Shown one piece after another: positions 9,362-17,883 of a stretch of DNA of 64,000 nt (position 1 is the first letter of the stretch; each line of letters opens with the position of its first letter). The notes below the pieces were generated by a model. That model ran no database searches and had not been told where the DNA came from. It saw nothing but the letters and a program-made list of their open reading frames with translations. The DNA is from Kordia sp. (lineage in GTDB: Bacteria; Bacteroidota; Bacteroidia; Flavobacteriales; Flavobacteriaceae): NCBI RefSeq assembly GCF_965224175.1, contig NZ_OZ245041.1, forward strand, positions 1,456,249 through 1,520,248, written 5' to 3'. The translations under genes were made by a program, and so were the position numbers.

Positions 9362-9616
9362 ATGAAAAAAAGAAGTATCAAAAATTTAGCATTAAACAAA
9401 GAATCAATTTCAAATATCCAATCTGCTGTTTTTGGAGGAGATGCATGTTCTTCAGACACAAAAACAACAGCTGGAGCTGATCCATTTACTACTTCAATTG
9501 TATCTGACGGTCCATTACCAATGACTGCTGATATTAAAGATTGTCCTAAAAATAGTTTGGCAGGAGATTGTTCACTAGGGTATTGCCCGGAAACTTTTTG
9601 GTGTCCTGTAAACTAG
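9362..9616 (+). CDS. Double-glycine leader peptide; lanthipeptide-like precursor (5 Cys, Ser/Thr-rich)
   Basis: Leader KNLALNKESISNI...VFGG; core DACSSDTKTT...DCPKNSLAGDCSLGYCPETFWCPVN. Confidence 0.7.
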   Translation: MKKRSIKNLALNKESISNIQSAVFGGDACSSDTKTTAGADPFTTSIVSDGPLPMTADIKDCPKNSLAGDCSLGYCPETFWCPVN

Positions 9617-9644
9617 TTTAAAAACACTAAAATTTAGTTCAAAA

Positions 9645-9672
9645 AAAAGGGAAGTCAAATGACTTCCCTTTC
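9645..9672. terminator. Bidirectional intrinsic terminator
   Basis: AAAAGGGAAGTCA-aa-TGACTTCCCTTTT between convergent genes. Confidence 0.85.
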
Positions 9673-9699
9673 TTATTGAGTTTATCTTAATTTATAAGC

Positions 9700-11382
9700 T
9701 TAGTTCTTTTGATCTAAAACTCTAAATTGTGTTCTTCTGTTTGCTAAGTGCTCTCTTTCTGTACAAGAAACACCATCTTTACATCTGTTTAATAATCTTC
9801 TTTCTCCGTATCCATTAGAAACAATCTTACTAGAGTTAATTCCTTTAGAAATTAAGTAGTTAGTTACAGCTTGTGCTCTTCTTTGAGATAATGCTTCGTT
9901 ACTAGAAGCTGTTCCTCTTGAATCTGTGTGAGAAGCAATTTCTACAGAAACTCCACTCTGTAATACTGGTAATAATTTACTATCAATCTCACGCTTAGCA
10001 GCAGCAGTTAATGTTGCACTACCTAAGTTCCAGTTGATATTTAAGTCGTTATAAACTAATAATTTACAATCAACTTCTTTCCAAGTTGTTAATCCTCCTT
10101 TTTTAGTTAAAACTTCTTTTGTTACAGTTTTGTATACTGCAGGAACTTCAGTTGCAGATACACTAGCATCTTCTACTAATTTTGTAGTTTTTAATGTAGC
10201 TTGCTTTTGTTTTACAGGAATTGCTCTTGTAGTTGGCGCAGAAGTCATTACTGTTTTCTTGTAAGTTTTACTTACTGAAGGAATATCTTCTACACGAGTA
10301 CTTTCGTTTGTAATGATTGTTTTCTTAACAGTTTCAGTAACTGCAGGAATTTCAACTCTCTCTGTTGTTGGAGGCGTTACCATTACTCTACGCTTCATTG
10401 TTTTTATCTTAGCTGGTACATCAACAACACGTGTTGTAGGAGGCGTTACCATAACTGTTTTCTTGATCGTTTTAGTCACTTCTGGAATAGGAATTACACG
10501 AGTACTAGCTGGTTTTACCATGATAGTTCTAGTAAATGTTCCTTCTCCACATGGTTTTCCTCCATTTGTACTAGGATCACAATCTGCTGTTCTTTCAGAA
10601 GATGCATCAGCAGCTAAACGTTTTACAGGAATTGTTACATTTTGAGCTGGAATAGCTTTGTAACACCAGTATCTACAATCATCTGGGTTTGATGAGTTAC
10701 AATCTGCTGGTGGAATTTCGCTCATTTGCCATTGCGCAGCAGCTGGCTTTATCTCAACAGTTTCAAAATCGCTAGTAAAAGATGCAGGAACTACACTAAT
10801 TGAAGATCCGTACTCTCTTTTCTTATACGTTATTGTTTCTTTTCCCCATTCAGCTGGGATAACTTCTAAACGCTGAGAAGCTTCTTTAACTGTGATTACA
10901 ACATCTCTTGTTTCATACACAGCTGGTACGATTTCAACTTTTTGGTATGCAGGTCTTGTAACTACATCAAAAGTTCTTGTTTCGTAAACAGCAGGAACAA
11001 TTCTTAAGCTATAGCTTGCTTCTTTAACAACTACAGTTTCAGAATCTCTACTTGTTTGTGATGGGACTTTCACTAAACGTTGAGATGCTTCTTTTGTTAC
11101 TACTTCAAAAGTTTCAGTTCCGTATTCAGCTGGGACAACAGCTAATTCTTCACCGGCAACTTTAGATACAACTGTTTCATTTACAGAAGTATACTTAGCA
11201 GGAGAAACTCTAAGTTTTTTGTAAGCTGGCGACACCATAACTTGTACTTCTTGATTTTCATACACATCAGGAGTTACACAACGTACGTAACATTTTCCAG
11301 GCTCTGGGTTTGTTGGCAAGTCTTGTGCAAAGGCAAAAGATCCAATGGCTAAGGCTAGTCCAAATAATAGTTTTTTTCTCAT
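9700..11382 (-). CDS. Secreted protein with V/I-P-A repeats and a C-terminal OmpA-like peptidoglycan-binding domain
   Basis: Signal peptide (..AFA|Q); many V(V/I)PAxYxTxxxxV repeats; C-terminal HTDSRG..SN..LS..RA..V, GYGE, NRR. Confidence 0.8.
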   Translation of the reverse strand: MRKKLLFGLALAIGSFAFAQDLPTNPEPGKCYVRCVTPDVYENQEVQVMVSPAYKKLRVSPAKYTSVNETVVSKVAGEELAVVPAEYGTETFEVVTKEASQRLVKVPSQTSRDSETVVVKEASYSLRIVPAVYETRTFDVVTRPAYQKVEIVPAVYETRDVVITVKEASQRLEVIPAEWGKETITYKKREYGSSISVVPASFTSDFETVEIKPAAAQWQMSEIPPADCNSSNPDDCRYWCYKAIPAQNVTIPVKRLAADASSERTADCDPSTNGGKPCGEGTFTRTIMVKPASTRVIPIPEVTKTIKKTVMVTPPTTRVVDVPAKIKTMKRRVMVTPPTTERVEIPAVTETVKKTIITNESTRVEDIPSVSKTYKKTVMTSAPTTRAIPVKQKQATLKTTKLVEDASVSATEVPAVYKTVTKEVLTKKGGLTTWKEVDCKLLVYNDLNINWNLGSATLTAAAKREIDSKLLPVLQSGVSVEIASHTDSRGTASSNEALSQRRAQAVTNYLISKGINSSKIVSNGYGERRLLNRCKDGVSCTEREHLANRRTQFRVLDQKN

Positions 11383-11634
11383 GTCTTAAAAATGATTAAT
11401 TATTTAATTGTTGTTATTAATTCATTAACAATGTACGAAATTATCTATTTAAAAAAGAATCCTATTATCGAAATGCTATGCAAGCATACTATTAGGTTAA
11501 AGTGCTTTTTTTTTCGTTTAAAAGCATTTTTTAGGGAAAAATCCTGTATTATGAATTAAAAATGCACTTTATAGCATTTATTTTACAATATATTTTTGAT
11601 ATATTTACTCATCTAACTAAATCTCTAATTAACT

Positions 11635-11964
11635 ATGTTTGAATTATTCCAAAGCGAAAACAATCAAAAATTCTACTTTAACTTAAAAGCAAAGAATGGA
11701 CAAATCATCATGTCTAGTCAAGGATATGCTGATAAAAGCGGTGCTAAAAACGGTATTGAATCTTGTAAAAAGAACTCAACAGACGATAGTAAATTTGAAC
11801 GTAAAACTGCTAAGAATGGAAAGTTTCACTTTAATTTAAAAGCTGGAAATGGACAAATTATTGGAAGTAGTCAAATGTATGCAAGTGAAGCAGGAATGGA
11901 AAACGGAATCGAATCTGTAAAGAAAAATGCAGGAAGTGCAGAAACAAAAGACTTAACTGAATAG
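11635..11964 (+). CDS. yegP: YegP / DUF1508 family protein (two repeats)
   Basis: FYFNLKAKNGQII..SQGY and FHFNLKAGNGQIIG.SQMY..GIESVK. Confidence 0.88.
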   Translation: MFELFQSENNQKFYFNLKAKNGQIIMSSQGYADKSGAKNGIESCKKNSTDDSKFERKTAKNGKFHFNLKAGNGQIIGSSQMYASEAGMENGIESVKKNAGSAETKDLTE

Positions 11965-11979
11965 AATGAAGCTTTATAC

Positions 11980-12009
11980 AAAAAAGCAGCTCAAATGAGC
12001 TGCTTTTTT
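11980..12009. terminator. Bidirectional intrinsic terminator
   Basis: AAAAAAGCAGCTCA-aa-TGAGCTGCTTTTTT. Confidence 0.85.
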
Positions 12010-12037
12010 TATGTGCTATTTTTAGTGAATTATGAAA

Positions 12038-13060
12038 TTATACAACTTTCTGAATCACTTTCAAAAACTCTTGATGCATCTCTGCAGTGTAATCTAAATG
12101 CGTTACAATTCGTAATTTTCCACTTCCCATTCCAATTAGATCGATTCCTAACCTTTCTAGTTTTTCTAAAAAAGCTTTTTCATCAATATCATCTTGCAAA
12201 TAAAAGATAATGATATTCGTATCTATCGGTTCTACCTTTTTTATGATTGCCAAACGTTCTAAGGTCTTCCCTATTTCTTTGGCTTTCTCATGATCTTCAG
12301 CTAGGCGTTCAATATGATGATCTAATGCATATGTTCCAGCAGCTGCTAAATATCCAGCCTGACGCATTCCTCCTCCTAATATTTTTCGAATTCGCAATGC
12401 TTTGTGAATTGTTTCTTCATCTCCCACCAATACAGATCCTACCGGACAACCCAATCCTTTAGATAGGCAAACAGAAATTGTATCAAATAGTTTTCCGTAT
12501 TGCTCAGGAGTTTCTCCTTTTTCAACCAAAGCATTCCATAAACGCGCTCCATCTAAATGAAATCCTAAATCATTTTCACGGGCAACTGCATGAATTTTTT
12601 CTATTTCAGTAAAATCCCAACAAGCACCGCCACCTCTATTTGCTGTGTTTTCTATAGCTATTAATGCGGTTAATGGACTGTGATAAAAATCTGGTGGATT
12701 GATGGCTGCTTTGGCTTGCGCTGCTGTAAACATTCCGCGATGTCCATCAATTAATTTACAAGAAGCTCCACTGTTAAAACTAACGCCGCCACCTTCATAA
12801 TTATATATATGAGCGTCTTTATCACAAATCACTTGATCACCAGGATTTGTATGTATTTTGATCGCTGTTTGATTTGCCATTGTTCCACTAGGAAAAAACA
12901 ACGCTGCATCTTTACCAAACATTTCTGCAACTTTTTGCTCTAAATGATTGATAGATTCATCTTTTTTAAAAACATCATCTCCAACTTTGGCTTCAAACAT
13001 AGCTTTGAGCATTTCTGGAGTCGGTTTGGTAACCGTATCGCTTATTAAATTAATTCGCAT
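12038..13060 (-). CDS. ltaE: Low-specificity L-threonine aldolase
   Basis: SDTVTKPT, VGDDVF, SGTMANQ, ENTANRGGG, HLDGARLWNA, CLSKGLGCPVGS. Confidence 0.92.
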   Translation of the reverse strand: MRINLISDTVTKPTPEMLKAMFEAKVGDDVFKKDESINHLEQKVAEMFGKDAALFFPSGTMANQTAIKIHTNPGDQVICDKDAHIYNYEGGGVSFNSGASCKLIDGHRGMFTAAQAKAAINPPDFYHSPLTALIAIENTANRGGGACWDFTEIEKIHAVARENDLGFHLDGARLWNALVEKGETPEQYGKLFDTISVCLSKGLGCPVGSVLVGDEETIHKALRIRKILGGGMRQAGYLAAAGTYALDHHIERLAEDHEKAKEIGKTLERLAIIKKVEPIDTNIIIFYLQDDIDEKAFLEKLERLGIDLIGMGSGKLRIVTHLDYTAEMHQEFLKVIQKVV

Positions 13061-13105
13061 TTTTTTATTGGGTTTTGAGTATTGGGTGTTTGGAGTTGAA
13101 AATCA

Positions 13106-15526
13106 TTAATGATTATAATGACAATTATCTGTTCCAATTGGTGAACCATCAGGAATTTTTGGTGAAGCTTCTTTGCTAAATTTTTCAGGATATTTTTTGA
13201 ATTGATCCAACATTTCTACATAATAATATTGATAGGCTTTTTCTGCCTCTTTATATTTTTTTGCTTTTATTTTCTCTGTAATTTCATGTAAAAGATATTG
13301 ACTTTGCGCTGTTACTGCTGGAGAAGCATTTGGATGTTTCGCTAAATGCATCAAATGTTTCAATACATTTACATTCACAGCGTGTCCCAACTCACGTTCA
13401 TAAGCATCAGAATAAGATCTATATAAGGTTCTATCTAAGACTTTATTGGTCATTTCAATAAAATCTAATTGTTTCTTATTTAAGCTTTTTTGTTGAATTA
13501 AACGCTCAGCACGTTCTGGATGAAACAAAAATGATAATGTCATATCACTCGCAGTTGCTGCTGGACTTACTGCATCAAAAGCAACTCCTGTTTTTCCCTT
13601 AAATGATTCTCTCGATCGCCAATATGTATACGCTCTTGGAGGAAACATATCTAACTTATCTGCTGGAATTTTAAGTGTTTTCGCATTCAAGGTTTCCAAA
13701 ATAGCGTCTAAAGCTTCACGCTGCGTATTTGCTGAAACAACTTTGGTAACTAATTGTCCGTCTCCTTTAGTAGCATAATTATATTCCAATCCGCCAATGA
13801 GTTTTGAAGTGGCTTCTGTTTGATATCTGTGGAAAAAATATAACGGTACAAATACGTCTTCTAAAACCGTATATGGTTCATGACTACGAATATTGTCTTT
13901 TGAGAAGTTTTTAATAGCTAATGCACGAACATCCAACACATTTTGTAATTCTTCTGAAGCACTTTTCCCATTATCCCATAAATGCGCTTTTGCATGCGCT
14001 CCTCCAATTGGTCGTGCATCAGCATCAGAAATAAAACGATGTCCGTTTGCATATGCTTTATCTAATATATTTCTTAATCCTTCTTTTTCCGCTTTCGCCG
14101 TATTGAACTCTGAGTAAGAATAAGCTACTGTAACCTTGTCCCAAGAACCAATTCCTATAGCGTATGCGTTTGATAAATCTATTTTCCCATTAGTTATTTT
14201 TACTGTAGGATGTGGATAATCCATTACAGAACTTCTATTATTCGTACTTGCTGCAAAGTTGTGTGCAAAACCAATCGTATGACCAACTTCATGAGCAGAT
14301 AATTGACGAATTCGCGCCAACGCCATTTGTAACATTGGTTGATAATTATCATCTGTATTTGCAAAAGGCTTGTTCAGTAAAGCTTGTGCTATTAAAAAAT
14401 CTTGACGAATACGTAAACTTCCCAAACTCACATGTCCTTTAATAATTTCTCCTGTTCGAGGATCAACCACACTAGCTCCATAACTCCAACCACGTGTAGA
14501 ACGATGAACCCATTGAATTACATTGTAACGAACATCCATTGGATCGGCATCTTTTGGTAACATTTTTACCTGAAAAGCGTTTGTGTATCCTATTTCTTCG
14601 TATGCTTCATTCCACCAACGCGCACCATCTAACAAGGCAGAACGTACAGGTTCTGGAGTTCCAGGATCTAAATAATATATAATAGGTTCTTTAGCTTCAC
14701 TCTTTGCTGCATTCGGATTTTTCTTTTCTAAACGATGACGTGTCACAAAACGCTTTAGCATTGGTTCCTGAATTGGCGTTGCATAATCGTAATACGAAAT
14801 ACTAATGGCTCCGCTTCTCGGATCAAATACTCTTGGTGTATAATTTGCATCTGGCAATTCTACAAAGGAATGATGTTGAATTACTGAAACCAATGATGCA
14901 TTAGGCGTAACACTACTAATGTTTCCACCTTTTGGTTTTCCACTAAAAGTCAATAAAGCTTCAAACTCTACATTTTTAGGAAATGCTTTTACACGTTCTA
15001 AAGCCAATGCACTTTTTGTTTTATCTAATTTGTAAGTTCCTTGTTTATTATTTGCTAAACTTTCAATGACTCCATGTGTATCTTGTAATAAAAAAGGTGT
15101 GAAATCGATAGTATATTTTTTATCTTTTTCTGAAATAATTGGGAAACCAAACAATACAGATTTTGCAAAAGCCTGTTCTACACTTTTTCGTTCCAACTCA
15201 TTGGTAGTATTTGCTCTATATCTCAAATTAGGCTGAACCAACATTAATTTGTTACCTCTTTTTTGAAACTGAACAACAACTCCATCTCCTATTTGTCCTC
15301 TATCCAAACCTATATCATTTGAGCCTACACCACTAGCTAGCGAGTAGACATACAAAAAGTCTTCTTCTAATTTTTCAACTTCTAAAAAGATTTTATCCGT
15401 TTTCTCTTCATAAGAAAAATTAAAAAATCCTGCATAATGTTCGCGTGGATATTGTTTCTTTTTCTCTTGCGAAAAGCTAATTGAAGCACATAAGAAAATG
15501 AAAATCAGAAGTGTATATTTTTTCAT
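13106..15526 (-). CDS. Secreted zinc-dependent metalloprotease (DUF5117/DUF4953 Met-zincin type)
   Basis: Signal peptide; PR.FDPRSG; HEVGHTIGFAHNF; SVMDYP Met-turn. Confidence 0.88.
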   Translation of the reverse strand: MKKYTLLIFIFLCASISFSQEKKKQYPREHYAGFFNFSYEEKTDKIFLEVEKLEEDFLYVYSLASGVGSNDIGLDRGQIGDGVVVQFQKRGNKLMLVQPNLRYRANTTNELERKSVEQAFAKSVLFGFPIISEKDKKYTIDFTPFLLQDTHGVIESLANNKQGTYKLDKTKSALALERVKAFPKNVEFEALLTFSGKPKGGNISSVTPNASLVSVIQHHSFVELPDANYTPRVFDPRSGAISISYYDYATPIQEPMLKRFVTRHRLEKKNPNAAKSEAKEPIIYYLDPGTPEPVRSALLDGARWWNEAYEEIGYTNAFQVKMLPKDADPMDVRYNVIQWVHRSTRGWSYGASVVDPRTGEIIKGHVSLGSLRIRQDFLIAQALLNKPFANTDDNYQPMLQMALARIRQLSAHEVGHTIGFAHNFAASTNNRSSVMDYPHPTVKITNGKIDLSNAYAIGIGSWDKVTVAYSYSEFNTAKAEKEGLRNILDKAYANGHRFISDADARPIGGAHAKAHLWDNGKSASEELQNVLDVRALAIKNFSKDNIRSHEPYTVLEDVFVPLYFFHRYQTEATSKLIGGLEYNYATKGDGQLVTKVVSANTQREALDAILETLNAKTLKIPADKLDMFPPRAYTYWRSRESFKGKTGVAFDAVSPAATASDMTLSFLFHPERAERLIQQKSLNKKQLDFIEMTNKVLDRTLYRSYSDAYERELGHAVNVNVLKHLMHLAKHPNASPAVTAQSQYLLHEITEKIKAKKYKEAEKAYQYYYVEMLDQFKKYPEKFSKEASPKIPDGSPIGTDNCHYNH

Positions 15527-15665
15527 TCGGATATTATTTTAACAGAATCAAAACCGTTTGAAGCATTACAAAAAATAGCTTTATTAATGATTCTAGTGGT
15601 TTTTCAATTTTACGCTATGAATATACGTAAAACATCTTATTTTTGTGAGAATTAAAATAACAAAC

Positions 15666-16767
15666 ATGCTTACATCAGATCATATAAAAGATCTTATCAA
15701 TCGCCTTGGTGCGTTAAGGAGGTATCTTTGACATTGATGCCAAACTCATAGAAATTGCAAACGAAGAGGAGAAAACTTATGCTCCTAACTTTTGGGACAA
15801 TCCAAAAGAAGCAGAAATCATCATGAAACAACTCCGTGGAGAAAAAAAGTGGGTTGGCGACTACAACGAAGTTGCTGATTTAATCGGAGATTTAGAAGTT
15901 CTATATGAATTCTTCAAAGAAGGTGATGCTACTCAAGAAGAAGTTGAAGCTCAATTTGAAAAAACAACCTCTAAAATAGAAGATTTAGAATTTCGAAACA
16001 TGTTATCTGACGAAGGTGACAGTATGAGTGCTGTTTTACAAATTACTGCTGGTGCTGGCGGAACTGAAAGTTGTGATTGGGCAAGTATGCTAATGCGTAT
16101 GTATTTAATGTTTGCTGAAAAGCAAGGTTATAAAGTCAAAGAACTCAACTATCAAGAAGGTGATGTTGCAGGAATTAAAACAGTGACTTTAGAGATTGAA
16201 GGTGATTATGCTTTTGGTTGGCTAAAAGGTGAAAATGGCGTACATCGTTTGGTACGTATATCTCCATTTGACAGTAATGCAAAACGACATACTTCTTTTG
16301 CTTCTGTATATGTATATCCTTTGGTAGATGATACTATAGAAATTGACATTAATCCTGCAGATATTGAAATTACTACTGCTCGTTCTAGTGGAGCTGGTGG
16401 ACAAAATGTGAATAAGGTTGAAACAAAAGTACAATTGACTCACAAGCCTTCTGGGATTCAAATTTCATGCTCGGAAACACGTTCGCAACACGACAACCGA
16501 ACACGCGCAATGCAAATGTTGAAATCTCAGTTATATGAAATTGAGTTAAAAAAGCAAATGGAAGCGCGTGACGATATTGAAGCTGGAAAAATGAAGATAG
16601 AATGGGGATCGCAAATCCGCAACTATGTTATGCATCCATACAAACTGGTAAAAGATGTGCGTACTGCGCATGAAACAGGAAATGTAGATGCCGTAATGAA
16701 CGGACAAATTGATGAATTCCTAAAGGCATATTTAATGACTATGGGACAGAAAAAAGATGAATTATGA
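15666..16767 (+). CDS. prfB: Peptide chain release factor 2, programmed +1 frameshift
   Basis: ORF1 ATG at 15666, [21 protein letters not shown], ends at TGA 15729-15731. The +1 frame from 15730 ([15 protein letters not shown]...) is in frame with ORF 15823..16767, which has SPF and GGQ motifs. Confidence 0.97.
15717..15732 (+). promoter_or_regulatory. prfB frameshift signal: internal Shine-Dalgarno AGGAGG, 3-nt spacer, CTT-TGA-C
   Basis: AGGAGG TAT CTT TGA C read directly from the sequence. Confidence 0.95.
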
Positions 16768-17381
16768 TTATTTATGGAGGTGGTTCTAAAGATTTAGGTA
16801 CACGAAAATTACAAGCATATAGTTGCTCCAATTGCGGTGCTTCTGATGTACATGTTCATGCAAAAGTTCAATATGGAACATTGTTTTTCATTCCACTTTT
16901 TCCAGCAAATAAAAAGTATACTTCTGTTTGTGGTAATTGCAATCAAACGCTGATACAAGAGCAAATGCCACAAAAAATGTTAGATAAATTGGCTTTGGAA
17001 AAACATCATTTCAAGTCACCTATATATTTATATTCTGGTATAGTGTTGTTGATTCTTTTAGTTGGATTTTTTGTATATTCTGAGATAAAAGATAAACAAG
17101 AATTAGAAAAAACCATACAAAATTTACAGCCAAAATCGATTATTGTATTTGATAATGAAAATGGTGATTATTCATTTTCTAAAATTTTAGAACATAATGG
17201 AGATACAATATTTGTCCAACACAGTAATTATGTTATTGATGGGTATCCAAATAAATCTGATTATGAAAGAGAATCCGCTAAAAAAGAAGACTTTTTCGCA
17301 GATGAAATTTATTATTATTTACAAAAAGAGATTGATACGTTTTATAAGAATGGAGAAATTGAAAATGTCATTAAATACTAA
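16764..17381 (+). CDS. Zinc-ribbon domain membrane protein
   Basis: CSNC...LFFIPLFP...CGNC; one TM helix; 4-nt overlap with the prfB stop. Confidence 0.75.
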   Translation: MIIYGGGSKDLGTRKLQAYSCSNCGASDVHVHAKVQYGTLFFIPLFPANKKYTSVCGNCNQTLIQEQMPQKMLDKLALEKHHFKSPIYLYSGIVLLILLVGFFVYSEIKDKQELEKTIQNLQPKSIIVFDNENGDYSFSKILEHNGDTIFVQHSNYVIDGYPNKSDYERESAKKEDFFADEIYYYLQKEIDTFYKNGEIENVIKY

Positions 17382-17387
17382 GATATC

Positions 17388-17729
17388 ATGCTAAAAATAT
17401 ACCACAATCCACGATGTAGCAAATCTAGACAAGGAGTCGCCATTTTGGAAGCATCTGGAAAAGATTTTGAAATCGTAAAATATCTAGACGAACCACTTTC
17501 TGTAACTCATCTTACAGAAATCATCAAACTTTTAGGAATTACACCGATTAATTTAGTCCGAAAGAATGAAAAAATCTGGAAAGAAGAATTTAAAGGAAAG
17601 ACCTTAACTGACGCTGAAATCATTCAAGCTATGGTAGACAATCCAAAATTGATAGAACGCCCAATTGTTGTTCATGATAACAATGCTGTTATTGGAAGAC
17701 CTCCTGAAAATATAACTTCAATTTTGTAA
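17388..17729 (+). CDS. arsC: ArsC/Spx family protein (glutaredoxin-type arsenate reductase-like)
   Basis: IYHNPRCSKSR and LIERPIV. Confidence 0.8.
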   Translation: MLKIYHNPRCSKSRQGVAILEASGKDFEIVKYLDEPLSVTHLTEIIKLLGITPINLVRKNEKIWKEEFKGKTLTDAEIIQAMVDNPKLIERPIVVHDNNAVIGRPPENITSIL

Positions 17730-17744
17730 TAAAAAAAGAAGTGC

Positions 17745-17782
17745 AAAAAAGCCGTTTCAATACGTATTGAAACGGCTTTTTT
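17745..17782 (+). terminator. Intrinsic terminator
   Basis: AAAAAAGCCGTTTCAATA-CG-TATTGAAACGGCTTTTTT. Confidence 0.85.
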
Positions 17783-17883
17783 CTTTTAACAGAACTTTAA
17801 CGACCTTCCGTTAAACCATGCAGTTTCTTTGCAGTCAAACCAACACCAAAAAAAATGCTATTTATAGAAAACCATTCATCCAA

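Noticed and set aside
10250-11200. Periodic DNA similarity suggestive of a CRISPR or tandem DNA repeat
   Set aside because: The repeats are degenerate, in frame and explained by the protein V/I-P-A repeats; there are no constant repeat-spacer units and no cas genes.
17388-17729. Arsenic-resistance operon
   Set aside because: This is a lone ArsC/Spx-family gene after prfB, without arsR, arsB or acr3.
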